Positions 27,507-41,994 of a stretch of DNA of 64,000 bases are shown piece after piece. Where the stretch lies: assembly GCF_009914755.1 (NCBI RefSeq), contig NC_060937.1; one strand, 5' to 3'. The stretch is from the human T2T-CHM13v2.0 reference genome, Homo sapiens. A program made the position numbers and the translations under genes. Under the pieces are notes generated by a model that saw nothing but the letters and a program-made list of their open reading frames with translations, was not told the DNA's origin and ran no database searches. Each line of letters begins with the position of its first letter. Position 1 is the first letter of the stretch.

Positions 27507-29395
27507 GGTACTATTCAAAATCAATAATTATTTCAATTGCTTACTTAATTGACTAACTTTGTTTAATTTATGTGATATTTAAACAGCTTGATAGTTTTTA
27601 TTTGAGCTAGTTTATCTGCTAGTATTTTTATGTTTTTATGTATTTCATGGTAATTATATATTTCTCCTTTCTTCTTTTTCTTCCTGTCTCCCTTCCTTCT
27701 TTTCCTATTTTACTCCCTCCCTTCCTTCATGTGGACAGAATATGGTGATCAAATTTAATTTGAATTTTAAGTGATAATTGTTAAAATTAGTTAAGATTCA
27801 ATTAAATATTACAGTAATTTAACCCAGTGTTTACCAATATTTGGCTATGTAGCAGATAACTATGTTAGCAAATAAATCTGTGACCTTAATTCACTCTTTC
27901 AATAAATAAAGTTTTAGGAAAATCATTTCTTAAAAGAGTAATTAAAATTAGGAAAAAAATGTAATATCCCCCTCCCTTGCTTTTCTGCTGTATTTGAACT
28001 TTCATTGCATTCTGCCCTCATTTATAACTAGATAAAATGAATATAATTCATTATTGCTAGCTTTATTATTAGAGAGTTAAGTAGAAGAACTAATGGGAAA
28101 AAAAAATAACAGCACACCGTTCCACTATTTACTGTTTCATTCTTGGGATTTTGTGTAACTCATTATTTCTAAGTTTAAAACTTCCCAAGCCATTTTTCTA
28201 ACAACCTTGGCCAGCGTGCTTGAGGTAGGTAACCTGCTTTAAATTGCTTTGATTAACTCATGAAGAAATATTCTCAATGCATCCAATTGTATTGTGTATT
28301 TATAAGCTCTAGTGCTCTACCATGAACTTTGAATTAACAAAACTATAGAAATGAGCTGATAATGCCCTTAATTTCTTAAACTATACTTCTTATTTCAAGA
28401 CTTTCCCATCAGTGCTTTTAGAAAAAGATACAATGTCTCTGATTTTTATTCACATTTTCCTAGAATAAGATCACAATATGCATTTATTTTCAACATCTTT
28501 CTTAATATTAAAAATCACAATTTTTGACATTTGTATGCTACCTTAATTTTTACAGTATGGCCAGCATGTTATAATAGGTACTTTAAGGTATCTCCAAGTT
28601 ACAGGTCTACAAATTAACACAAACAAAAATATTCAGCAATATTTCCCTAAAGAAACCATTTAATCATGGTAGCGCAATCAAATCTGTTAACTCGTGTAAG
28701 CCTGCATATTTATTATAACTATTTAATTTTAGAAATCAACAACCCTCCATGAACATTAAAAGTGTCATCCACGCACTTTTAACAACTATATTGTTGCCAT
28801 AAGCATCAGGTGGTTGAAAGAAATCACCATAAGGGAGCTTTTATGAATTTTCAATGGACTCTATGCTTCATAAAATACATACCTCAAAAATATGTGACAG
28901 TCTTTCTGTCCTACTACCACTCATATTAATAATCTTCTATCAAATGTTTGGTGTCCCATCTGTCCAGATAGAAGCCACATTGTAAAGAAGAATCATGGGC
29001 CATGGCTTCATTTTGCCTAGATTCAAATCCCCTACATTTCTTATTGTATTGAAAACCTTACTAAGGTATATAGAAAGGAGGTAAGCACCTATGAGACATA
29101 TCTGTCTCTTTGTGTATTTTATCTAAATGTCTTTAATGCTATTATTTTAAAATGAGTTTTTAATTTAAAGTAAATATTTCAACAATTTCTTCATGTTATA
29201 ACATATGTATCTATGTAATACTTGTGCACATCTCCTTCAGCACATACATGACCATTTCTCAAGAGTACATACTGGTGGAACCATAAACAAATAATTAGGG
29301 AAATAAAAAGGAGGAAATGAATCTGGAGAGAATTTGGAAGGCAATGAATTCCATCCTTTCAAACTGAATTTTGAAAAACACCAAGAATAGCCAAG

Positions 29396-29528
29396 CATAT
29401 GTAGAATTCAAATAAAAGTATATTCAAATACAGTCATATGTAGTATTCTAATAAAAATGTATTCAAATAGAGGCATATGTAGAATGCTAATAAAAATATA
29501 TTCAAATAGAGGCATATGTAGAATTCTA
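29396..29528. repeat. 39-bp minisatellite, ~3.4 copies
   Basis: Unit approximately CATATGTAGAATTCTAATAAAAATATATTCAAATAGAGG starting at 29396, 29435, 29474 and 29513. Confidence 0.92.
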
Positions 29529-30345
29529 TTTGTTTACTAATTGTAATTCTAACTATGTAGGAGAGAACTTAATCGAGAGCTATAGTTTAGGGAAATATTA
29601 AGTGTTAGGAAAGAAAGCAAATGATAATGGGCATTTTTATTTTCATGGAGATGTAAAAAAGTAGACTGCTTTAAAAATATTTAGCAATAGTTGATGTGTG
29701 GATAATAGAAAACGTGAGAAATAAGCTTAGATTTGTTGAAAGAAAGCATGAAAGTATACTACAGACATGATATACCAGGCTAGTGGAATCAGTATATTTT
29801 CATCTTAGAAAAAAAATAAGTCTAGGTATAAAATAGACTAGATTTGAGGGTCAGAGTCCAGACACAGGACTACCTATATTTACTTTATTTAAAAAAAAAC
29901 ATGCACATGGCATTTATCATGCTTCAAGGACTTCAGTAATAATCTGTAAGTCATAATAAATAGTCCATACATCACCATAACAACAATGTGAAGTAAATCA
30001 AGAGCTTCAAGCAGAGGAGTAGGCACAGGCATATATTGCCTTTAAACATGCTATGCCCGTGTCAGTATTAGCAAGAATGAAACAGGAGCACTAACTCAGA
30101 AACCTGTGCAGTACTCCTGCTTGGACAGAAGCCAGGCTGCCTTAGAAAGAGGGCATGTGAGTGGTGAGAAATGGATGGATATTAAATATATAACTGAAGT
30201 GGAATAAATAATAACTGATGCTGAAACTAACAAATAATTGTAGCCCAAACTTTATAAACATATGGCTTTTCAGAAGCTGTGTGCTACCAGATGGGAGACT
30301 TTGCGCTATGCACATGTTAATTAGGTCCTAACATCTTCTGGTTAG

Positions 30346-30676
<331 letters not shown>

Positions 30677-31891
30677 CAGAAATTTCTTATACAACATTAC
30701 TCTCTGGCACTCTCTTAAATAAGCCGTGAAGTACATTTAGGGACATGTACCAACAAGTCTGTCACACCTGGTTTTTCTGCCTGCAACAGAACAGATCACA
30801 GCTTCTTGGCTGAGTCCATTATAAAGTAGTTTGTGTTTAGGGGGCATGAACAAAATAATTTTCACTGTATCTTTAAATATTGGATTCACACTCAGGAAAG
30901 TGAGAATGTCACACTGTGAGACACACAGGAGACAAAATTGAATGAAGGCAAAGGCACATAACATCTCCCATCTCATTTTCATTCCATGGCGTATGCTCAT
31001 TGAATAAAATAATTCATGAATCATGTTAAATACTTGTCTCTGTTACATTACCACTTCTTTCATCCTTTCCTCTCTCTCCTTCCATCCTAACTTTCGTTCT
31101 TTTCTTCCATTTTTTTTTGTTGTCTTCTCTTAGTACATATCTTAAATACATGTACACTAAATGCATAACTCATTTAACCTGAAACCCAGCAGTTTGTCCT
31201 AAAAATCATTAGTATGTATAGATAAATTTTTTATTAAGTTTTTTTTAGTCTCTTCTACTTACCTGAATAATATCTGATTAACTGAACACTGAGTTCCTAC
31301 ATCATTGCTAGGTGATCAAATAGATACCCGTTATCTACAAGCTGTCTTTTAGAACAACAAATTATTTTTCTTCAATCAGAAGTTAATGTGGATTTAAGTG
31401 ACTTAAAAAACACATGGTTTATATATTGATATCTTTCCTTATTATGACTTCTTTCACCCAACATTTTCCACAATGGGCAAGGAGGCAACTGGAACATGAA
31501 ACATTAGGATAAAAAGAAATGGTGAGCAAGGGAACTGAAAACACTGTCTGCATAGACCATGTCTTTAGGCAGCTGTGGATGACTTTCCTAAAGCTGTCTC
31601 ATTGTTTCTCTCTCCACTATTATGGAGTGTATTTCAACAACACATTTCAAAGTCTATGAGCCAACAGGATATTACAAAACACAGAGGATACTCACTTTTC
31701 TAATTTAGTAAGGCAAAAAATTCAAAGATTGATTGATTTTTCTGATAACAAAAAGAAAAAAGTTATCAAAATAGCAATTTTGGTATTTCATAAAAAGTGT
31801 TATCTAATACTCCTTAAAAAAAAACAATTTTCATGAGCCCAAGAATTTCCATGTTTGAGTGCACTGTCTCCTCCTGGGATGGAACAGTTTA

Positions 31892-33054
31892 TCTTCATGA
31901 TTCACTCAACAAAGATACATTCTGAAAAGTATGTCATTAGATGATTTTGTCATTGTGCAAACATCATAGAGTGTAATTAAGCACACCTAGATAGGATAGG
32001 CTACTACACATCTAGGCTGTATCCGTATGGTTTAGCCTATTACTCCTAGGCTGCAAAGCTGCACAGTATGTTACTGTGTTGAATACTGTAGGCAATTGTA
32101 ACTATTTGCATATCTAAACATATCCAAACACATAAAAGTTACAATAAAAATATAGCATAAAATACAAATAATGGTACACCTGTATAGGGCATTTACAATG
32201 GGTAGAGGTTGCAGGACTGGAAGTTGCTCTGGGTGTCAGACAGTGAGGGGTGAGTGAATGTGAATGCCTAGGACATTACTGTACACTACTGTAGACTTTA
32301 TAAACATGGTATACTTATGATACACAAAATTTATTTAGTTTTTTCTTCAATAATAAATCAACCTTAGCTTATTTAAACTATTCTTACTTTATAAACTTTA
32401 AAACTTTTTTAAAAAACTTTTGCCTCTTTTGTAACAACTCAGCTTGAAACACAAGTTATACAACTTAACAAAAATATTTTTTCTTTATATTCCTATTTTT
32501 ATTTTTGTATTTAAAAAACGTTTAAACTGTTTTGTTAAAAACTAAGACCCAAACACATACATTAGCCTAGGACCACATAGGGTCAGAATCATCATTACCA
32601 CTGTCTTCCATTGGCACATCATGCCCCACTGGAAGGTCTTCAGGGACCATATGTATGGAGCCATCATCTCCTATGATAGTAATGTTTCCTTCTGGAATAC
32701 CACCTGAAGCTGTTTTACAGTTCACAATTTTTATAAGTAGAAAGAGTGCACTATAAAATAAAAATAAAATATACTAAATACATAAACTAGTAACATTATC
32801 ATTTATTACCATTATCAAGTATTGTGGACTGTCCATGATCTCATGTGTCCTGTTTTTATACCACTGGCAGAACAATAGGTTTATTAACACCAGCATCACC
32901 ACAAACACATGAGTAATGGATTCTGCTACAAAATTAAGATGGCTATGATGTCTCAAGATACTTGGAATTTTTCAGCTACATCATAATCTTATGAGACCAC
33001 CAGTGTATATACAGTCCCTACTTGACTGAAACGTCATTATGCAGCATATGACTG
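31892..33054 (+). mobile_element. Tigger3b/MER7-like DNA transposon
   Basis: GATACATTCTGA...TGTGCAAACATCATAGAGTG...CTACTACACATCTAGGCT; ends CGTCATTATGCAGCATATGACTG (TIR); length ~1.16 kb. Confidence 0.85.
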
Positions 33055-33461
33055 TGTGAATGGGCCATCAACAGGCCTAATCACCGATTTATGGCCTTTC
33101 TCCCTTAGCAAGAGCAGTAGCAAGGATTTACCCTTACATAAAGCTTTTTAATATAAATTATATGTAAAAATACAATTAAATATATAAGCACATAGTGGAA
33201 CTCATTGACCAATCACGAACATGATAAAAATTCTGCAACTAACAATAGTGAGTTGCCAGGGAGGCAAAATATACTTCCAAATCCTAAATTGAACCAATGA
33301 TATCAAAGAAGCTTGATATTAGATAAATGATAGAATAATCTTAGCTCAGATATCTTTTCTAATTATAAAAATAATGCAAATGATGTAGAAAAATATTTTT
33401 ATTGTAATTATGTATCAAACTTTTATTTTTTGCTTTCTTTTTGGACTATTGAATTATACTG

Positions 33462-34285
33462 TGTTGTAGTTTTGGAAAAGCTCTCAAACTGTGTTTTCCT
33501 TGTGATCTCACACCAGCACAACAACATAGAAGACTTCTGTGACCTCAAAATATGTGGCAATATCTTCCCACCAGCAAGCAAGCAATCAGTTTTGCAGTGG
33601 ACAGCAACTGGGTTTTCTCCATTCAATTCCAACACTGTCTACCTGGAGATAATGTCAGATCCTACAGGCTGGGGTCTCAGTCCCCCAAACTGACCCTTCT
33701 TCAGACACCAGTAACAAGTTTAAGCCTCTGCAACTTCTGACCAACTGGCTTCAAGTTGGAGTTCCTACAACCCTCTTTATGTTTAATTTACTGGAGCAGT
33801 TCACAGAACTCAGAGAAGCACTGACATTTACCAGTTTATTCTAGAGGATATTCTAAAAGATAAAGGTGCAGAGATACACAGGGCAAAGTATGGGGGACAG
33901 GGCAGCATTTATATGTCACCTCTGGGTGCGCCGCCCTCCAGGAACCTCCATGGGTTTGGTTATCAGGAGGCACTCTGAACCCAGTCCTCTTGGGTTTTCA
34001 TGGAAGCTTCATGATGTCAGCATTCTTTCTCCAAGGGTATGGGGCAGGTTCTTCTCTAGAATGGGAGTCTTATGACCTGCAATCAGAAAGGCAGGCAGCG
34101 GAAGTTTAAAGTCCTGCTATGGGGCAGGTGAAAGGAGGGTAGGAGTAGGTCAGAGAGATTCTCATTCCTGAGGCCTGCTCTTGAGGCCAGGCACATGCAA
34201 CATCAATTATAACAAGGGCTATGGGTGTTAGGAACAAGGAACCGGGGAAGAAAAAGCAATGTTATGTATATAACCTTACACCACA
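33462..34285 (-). mobile_element. MER21A-like LTR
   Basis: AGAAGACTTCTGTGACC...CTACCTGGAGATAATGTCAGATCC...TCACAGAACTCAG; reverse complement starts TGTGGTGT. Confidence 0.8.
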
Positions 34286-34611
34286 ATTGCGTTATATTTT
34301 ATCAATTATTTTCAAAAGAAGTCCATTTGGTAGGTACAATTATATTTATGTTATATAGAAAGAAGCCGCAGCAGAGACTTAAGCAATTTACTCAAGGACA
34401 CACAACTGTTAAATATTAAAGAAGTAAAACCAAGAAAAGTACTAGGATTAAAGTACTCATAAATGTAACCACAGTAATTATTCAATATTTATTTGCATCT
34501 TTTAGTATATTAACATTCTGGCCTCCTTCCTGTCCTGTTTAACTATCTCCTTAGCACTGGCCCCTCATATTTTTCTTCAACGTATGTATTTTAAAATATG
34601 TAATTATAAAC

Positions 34612-35713
34612 TGTTGCAGGAAGTCAGGGACCCCAAACAGAGGGACCGGCTGAAGCCATGGCAGAAGAACGTGGATTGTGAAGATTTCATGGACATTTAT
34701 TAGTTCCCCAAATTAATACTTTTATAATTTCTTATGCCTGTCTTTACTGCAATCTCTAAACATAAATTGTGAAGATTTCGTGGACACTTATCACTTCCCC
34801 AGTCAATACCCTTGTGATTTCCTAGGCCTGTCTTTACTTTAATCCCCTAATCCTGTCATCTCGTAAGCCTAGGAGGATGTATGTCACCTCAGGACCCTGT
34901 GATGATTGCGTTAACTGCACAAACTGTAGAGCATGTGTGTTTGAACAATATGAAATCTGGGCACCTTGAAAAAAGAACAGGATAACAGCAATGTTTAGGG
35001 AACAAGAGAGATAACCTTAAACTCTGACCGCTGGTGAGCCAGGCAGAACAGAGCCATATTTCTCTTCTTTCAAAAGCAAATGAGAGAAATATCGCTGAAT
35101 TCTTTTTCTCAGCAAGGAACATCCCTGAGAAAGAGAATGCGCCCCTGAGGGTGGGGGTCTCTAAATGGCCCCCTTGGGTATGGCTGTCCTCTGTGGTCGA
35201 AACTGTAGGGATGAAATAAACCCCAGTCTCCCATAGCGCTCCCAGGCTTATTAGGAAAAGGAAATTCCCACCTAATAAATTTTGGTCAGACCGGTTGCTC
35301 TGAAACCCTGTCTCCTGATAAGATGTTATCAATGACAATGGTGCCCAAAACTTCATTAGCAATTTTAATTTCACCCCGGTCCTGTGGTCCTGTGATCTCG
35401 CCCTGCCTCCGTTTGCCTTGTGATATTCTATTACCTTGTGAAGTATGTGATCTCTGTGACCCACACCTATTCATACACTCCCTCCCCTTTTGAAAGTCCC
35501 TAATAAAAACTTGCTGGTTTTGTGGCTTGTGGGGCATCACGGAACCAACCAACATGTGATGTCTCTCCTGGATGCCCAGCTTTAAAATTTCTGTCTTTTG
35601 TACTCTGTCCCTTTATTTCTCAAACCAGCTGACACTTAGGGAAAATAGAAAAGAACCTACATGAAATATCGGGGGTGAACTTTGCCTGATATCTGGCTGA
35701 ATTTCCCCTGATA
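34612..35713 (+). mobile_element. MER11B/C solo LTR (HERV-K11/HML-8)
   Basis: TGTTGCAGGAAGTCAGGGACCCC start, internal ATTGTGAAGATTTC duplication, AATAAA near 35502, ends CCCCTGATA; perfect 6-bp TSD ATAAAC at 34606-34611 and 35714-35719. Confidence 0.92.
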
Positions 35714-36206
35714 ATAAACCATCTTAAAAGTTGCATAATTATGTTTTGTTCTTAATGTGTAAAAATCTACTAAAATATTTTTCAAAGGTTTCTCGTGACG
35801 TTTATGTTAAACCCTTAGAGAGAAATTAATTGAGATTTGACTTTTTAAAAATATCTTCAAATCTCCCCTTAAATATTTTAATTATTTACATATAACATCT
35901 CTATCACACTGTTATAATAGCATATAGTATTTATTTTAATATATATGAATAATATACACAATATATTCAATATATGCAATAATTTTTATACATTATATGC
36001 TATACATTATCTATAGTGTATAATATATAAATATAAATATCAAATAAAATACATTTTAAACATTTGCATGCATACAATAACTGTTTTAACTATTATACCA
36101 GAAGATCCTACACATGTATGATATTGCCTATTTCATTCATTCTCACCAATGTTATTATTTTGTCTTTGACTTAATTTTAAATTTTATAAAAGGCAGGTTT
36201 GTTTGT

Positions 36207-36559
36207 TGATATGGTTTGGGTTTGTGTCCCCCAATGTTGGAGGGGGGGCCTGGTGGAAGGTGAGTGAATCATGGGCAGATTTACTGCTTGCTGTTCTTGT
36301 GATAGTGAGTGAGTTCTCACTAGGTCTGGTTGTTTAGAAGTGTGTAGCACCTCCCTCTTTGCTCTCTTCTTCCTGCTCTGGACATGTAAGATGTGCCTGC
36401 TTCCCCTTCACCTTCTGCCATGATTGTTAGTTTCCTGAGGCCTCCCCAGCCATGCTTCCTGTACAGCCTGTGGAACCGTGAGCCAATTAAACTTCTTTTC
36501 CTTATAAATTACCTAGTCTCAGGTAGTTCTTTATAGCAGTGTGAGAATGGACTAATATC
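36207..36559 (+). mobile_element. MSTA solo LTR (MaLR)
   Basis: TGATATGGTTTGG...GTGTGTAGCACCTCCC...CCTGTACAGCCTGTGGAACCGTGAGCCAATTAAA; TSD TTTGT at 36202-36206 and 36560-36564. Confidence 0.9.
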
Positions 36560-38795
36560 TTTGTCTTAAAAATAGAAAGTATTCATAAGAGTAAAGTTAA
36601 AATAATATAAACAATAAAAGTTTAGATATTGGGAAAATGTGTCTGTGTATAGAAAATTAACATTACTATTTTTAGCATTTTAAATTTATTTTGTACAACA
36701 TAAGCATGAAATCATACTTCATATACTGTTTTGTAAAATGAATTTCAAATATGTTATATTTTTTATTAAATTCAAAAGTCAAAGCCAAAATATAGAAGAC
36801 ATTTTTCATACATTACACAGATTAATGAAAAAATCCATTATTGAAGATTGAGGTATCTTGTCCCATTCTCCTCCTCTGTCAACCCATGTCATCATGTTGT
36901 ATTCATCATATACATGAATGACTTTATAATCTTACTACAAATGCAATAGCCCCCTAAATTACATTTCCACTAAATTTACATCATCTCACTGATCATACTT
37001 TATCATCTTCCTGAAACAATGTTTGATATTGATGATGGTGGATGAAAACTTTTCCTCTTCTCTGTTCAAAATTAATAGTATAAAATACAAACTAAGATGG
37101 TGATTGAAATGCAATATTACATTGACTCAGGGCTCTAGTTTTAGCCCCATTGAAAAATGTGCTGAGGTGTTAGAACCACTCCAGATTTACCCAGTGATGG
37201 GCTGAGAAAGTGAAAAATATCTCCCTGCTTGTGATCAAGGAAAGTGGGTTAATCCTTTCCCTAGTTTATTTAAAGAATTGTACATTATTGGCATGACAAA
37301 ACAATTATCAGGTTAAATGCAAGAGAAGCAATAGTCATAAGAAGTGATGATTAGTGAGCAATAACATATATTAGCCTATGCCAGCATACAAGTACAGATA
37401 CATGAAAATTAGAATTTCAACATCAAATAATGCTCTCTGAATACAGCATTAAAAAATAAGTGGATGGCCAAAACTTTTCTCAACATCTTAAGTGATTGCC
37501 CACCTATTATTAAAAGTCACTTTATATTTCCTCTTGTGGGTAAAAATATTGTTGAAAGTTTCTCAATTGTGGCCAATGATTGTGTTTTGGAATGAGGGAA
37601 ATAACAGTGTCTAGAATGTCATTCATTTGCACGTGACAGAATTAAGAAAAGAAAGATAAAAAATATTCTTGGACATATCATAAAACTCAAGTTAAGAAAA
37701 ATGGTTGAATATCAAGGACAAATGTACATAGGAACCAGGTTGTTGTCTATATTTCTCTCTGTGACTTCCTCTGTCTTAGCTCTCATCCTTTCTTCTTTGT
37801 TGTTGTTGTTGTTGTTTTCTTTTTCTGGGTTCTGGAACTCTCAATTTTTCTAGTTTATAAAATAGCAAATTACACAAGTTATCCTCAAAGCTTTGTATCT
37901 GACAAGCCAAGATACCAAATTCTCTCTGAATCCGTTTGAAAAGTTCTTATTTAGAACTCTGATTTATTATAGTACAGCAGCCACCAATTGCAGATGGCAA
38001 AAACACTTTGCAAGTAAACTAACAGGAAATGAAGGGAGAAAAAGGGCAAAGTCAGGAAAAGTTGTATTGTGCAGATAATGTCATTGTTTGCATGAAAATC
38101 TGACATCAGATAATCAAAGTATAAACTCAGCCTTAACACTTATGCTCTTGTTGTCACAAATGACTTTTAACAATATTGAATGCATTGCAATGATTCCACA
38201 TAAAAGGCAATTACATGCCTAAATAAGGAACACAATCCAAATGAATATCCAACTGTAGTAACTACAGGGGTTGAGGGGTGGCTACTATTGTGAGTTCACA
38301 CACTTACTTCGGCTTTTGGTCTAATGGTTCTGCAAACTAAGGTCTTAATGACGATATTTTACCACCGTCAAGTACCATGTATGCGATAGGCGGTTAAAGG
38401 AAGATCGCTCATAACTTTCATATTTACCAAACTGGGAAATGAATAGCAGTTTTGCAATGGTCTTTATGCTAGAAAATATGTTAAATGGATAAGGGCTCTG
38501 ATGTACATAAAAGAAGTAACAGTCAACAGACACAAATTATTGACCTCCTCCTATTATTTTTTTAATAAGCAAGATATTGAGAAGAATAGCTAATTGTAGC
38601 TTATTTTGCCTTAATTGACGAATTTCTGTTTATGTAGATTCTTGCATCTAGCCTTTCCCAAAAGGATAATATTAACAACTTCTTGTTCATAACACTTGGT
38701 GTTTTGTTGGACTCATAACCCTTTTAAACATCAGTTGACTTATTTATTTTACATTGTGGACTTTATTGACACTGAATTTCATAATTATTCCTTAA

Positions 38796-39126
<331 letters not shown>

Positions 39127-39746
39127 GAATTCCCCAAATTCTTAAAATCACTATCTAAAGCCGAGGTATATGCTTTAAGCTTTTATTGTTAGTGGAAAAT
39201 GTTGATTTTATTTTCATCTTATCAAGCCATAAAAAATTGCTTCAAAGGGCATGGATCTAAACAACTTTAAAAGATATGTTTATCTGGTATGACTAATATT
39301 CTTTGTGAAATGTCATCACAAAGATCAATATGCATTCTAATCTAACATTGTTTAATCATAGTGGAAAAATACATAAGGACTGGTCAGGGTGAGATGTAGC
39401 ACACCTCAGAAGTAGTTTTCAGATCACATTGTTCCCACTCCTGAGGCTCCCCTGAGATATCTTAATTCCAATGCATAGATGTCCATAATTTCCTAGCAAG
39501 CATTGTAATTTCAGGTATAAATGCTGTGTAGCAGTGTTTCATCATGTTTCGTGATTATCTGAGTCTTTTTTTTAGATCAGTGATTCTATCTAAAAGTCTT
39601 CCCACCTAACAAAATCACTGATTGTTTGCTTTGACTATTTTAAAGCAAGGCATCGAGGACGGGTGTTTCTCTTCTGTGAAGGCTTCTTAAAGGCTAAAAT
39701 TTCCAGAAAAGAGGGTCTAAATAAGTAATACCATACAAGCTCATTC

Positions 39747-39748
39747 TG

Positions 39749-39779
<31 letters not shown>

Positions 39780-40070
39780 TGTTTTTGTTTTTGATATGGA
39801 GTCTCGCTTTGTCGCCAGGCTGGAGTGCAGTGGTGCGATCTCGGCTCACTGCAACCTCTGCCTCCTAGGTTCAAGCAATTATCTTGCCACAGCCTCCTGA
39901 GTAGCTGGGATTACAGGCACATGCCACCACACCCAGCTAATTTTTGTATTTTTAGTAGAGATGGGGTTTCACTATGTTGGCCAGGATGGTCTTGATCTCC
40001 TGACCTTGTGATCTGCCCACCTTCACCTCCCAAAGTGCTAGGATTACAGGCGTGAGCCAACGCACCCAGC
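39747..40070 (-). mobile_element. AluSc-like with (TTTTG)n/(TTTTTG)n tail
   Basis: GTCGCCAGGCTGG and CCAGGATGGTCTTGATCTCCTGACCTTGTGATC diagnostics. Confidence 0.92.
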
Positions 40071-40109
40071 AATATTGTATTTTTTTAATTAAAAAGAGTA
40101 CAAGATGTT

Positions 40110-40588
40110 GTATTAATCAAGGTTTGATAAAGAAACAGAACCAATAGAATATATATGTGTATTTATGTATGTGTGTATATGTATATGTGTATATATCAAT
40201 ATATGGATATATACACAGAAAGAGGGATCTATTGTAAGGAACTAGTTCTCCCAGTTGCACAGGCTGGCTAGTCCAGCATCTGCAGAGAATAGCAGCAGAC
40301 TGGAGATCCCAGGGAAGAGTTGGTGTTGCAGCTCCAGTCTCCAGAAGGTTGACTGTAGGGAGATTTTTCACTTCCTCAGGGGATTTCTGTCTTTTTTTTC
40401 TCTTAAATCTTTTGACTAATTGGTTGAGGCCCACCTCTATTATGAAGAATAATCTGCTTTATTCTGAGTCTACTGATTTAAATATTAGTCTTCTCTAAAA
40501 AATAACTTCACTAACAACATTTAGACTAATGCTTGATTGAATATTCCGATATAGCCTAGCCACATTGATACATAAAATTATAGTAGCA
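40110..40588 (-). mobile_element. MLT2-family LTR (ERVL)
   Basis: AGAAACAGAACCAATAG, TA/TG-rich tract, GAGGCCCACC...AATCTGCTTTA...CTACTGATTTAAAT...ACATAAAATT. Confidence 0.8.
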
Positions 40589-41994
40589 TAAATTTCCTAA
40601 GTAATATAAATCTCAAATATTTCGTCTCAGAATCTCAAAACACTTGATGATAGACACCCAAAGCGTCTATGAAATTTGTATTGCTACCATGTATTTATAG
40701 TTGCTGAAAATGAGGAAAAAGAATCTATTCTGGTTTTTTAGGTGTAAAACTTAAAACGAATCAAAATCACTGTGACTAAATTTACTGGCTAAGTTATACC
40801 TGCAAACGGAAAGAAAATGAAAAGAAACAGTTGTGTTCCAGGTACTTTGTCTTCCATAGTCTGTTACCAAAAAGATTTTTAAGAGCTTCAGAAATCTGTT
40901 CTAGTATAAAAATAAAGTCAAAAGGCTTCTGTAAAATAACCATTAAAAGTGTACAGAAGAAATCTGTAAATTCTTAATATTAAAGGGAACCTCACCAAAC
41001 TCATAGTATAGAAAAATGCCCATCTTACTGGGTCTTATTATTGGAAGAAGCTGGATTCTCTTCGACTCAATACAATATAACTGCTCTGAGCATATCCCCC
41101 AATTGCACAAGAACACCCAGAAATAATAGCTGATTCTGTCATTTCTGAGCAAGACAGTCTTGAGAACCCCTCAACATCCATTTAGGGTTGTTACTCAATT
41201 TTACCTCCCAGTAATGCCTGCCATAATTACATTTCTTAGAATCTGGACAGCAGAGCAGAAAAAAAGCTTTCTTGTTTTATAATAAAGATTGTGTTTTTTC
41301 TTTCCATATTACATAATTTTTCTATACTCAAAGATGTTAAGGTGAGGATGTGCTGTTTCAAGATACATAATCACATCTGCTTGAAATAGCTTAATAATTT
41401 CATCCAACCCAGAATATTGTAGAAGACAGAATTCATATTTTTTTAATCAAAATGAAAATAAATTAGGATATTTTGAGTTTCTATCATTCAGGTGAATATT
41501 TGTAACTTCAGTAATTCCAGTTCAGAGTGCACATATGTGCTTTCTACCTCCCTCCCTAGATATTTTAATGTGAATACATGATCTGAGAATTGTGTAAGGT
41601 TTTTAAGTTTTTATAATTTCCATCCCTTCATCTTGCATCTGCCTAATAATAGTCTCTTGATCACTCAGTAAAAACAATTTAAGTTGCTCAGATTCAGAAT
41701 GTATTTCTTCTCTCCTACATTTTTTTTCAGCTCCATTGATTTGTTGGCTTACAAATTTATCACTGTTTCAATTCCTTCCACACTATTCTTCAAATTCAAT
41801 GCTACATTTAAGAATTTTCCTGTGGTGGAGGCAGCATTCTTAATGGGGCAAATGTAATGCTTCCATTGTTTTGAGGAGAAATTGCACTGTATTTACAGAA
41901 CCTCTAGGTTCTTTTCACAGAGAAAAGCCAGAAATTGATTATATTTATTATACCTGGTATTCTATCCTGTGTTTTCTTGTTGTTTTTTCTCATC

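Noticed and set aside
29990-30240. Possible L2, LTR or MIR remnants here and at 37600-38070, 46290-46700 and 49050-49190
   Set aside because: Too degenerate to assign family or boundaries by eye, so not listed as features.
34664-34850. Tandem duplication within 34664-34850
   Set aside because: An inherent feature of the MER11 LTR as I recall its consensus, not specific to this locus.
34889-35464. Longest ORF (191 aa, minus strand)
   Set aside because: Lies wholly inside the MER11 LTR, antisense, with no retroviral or cellular protein motif.
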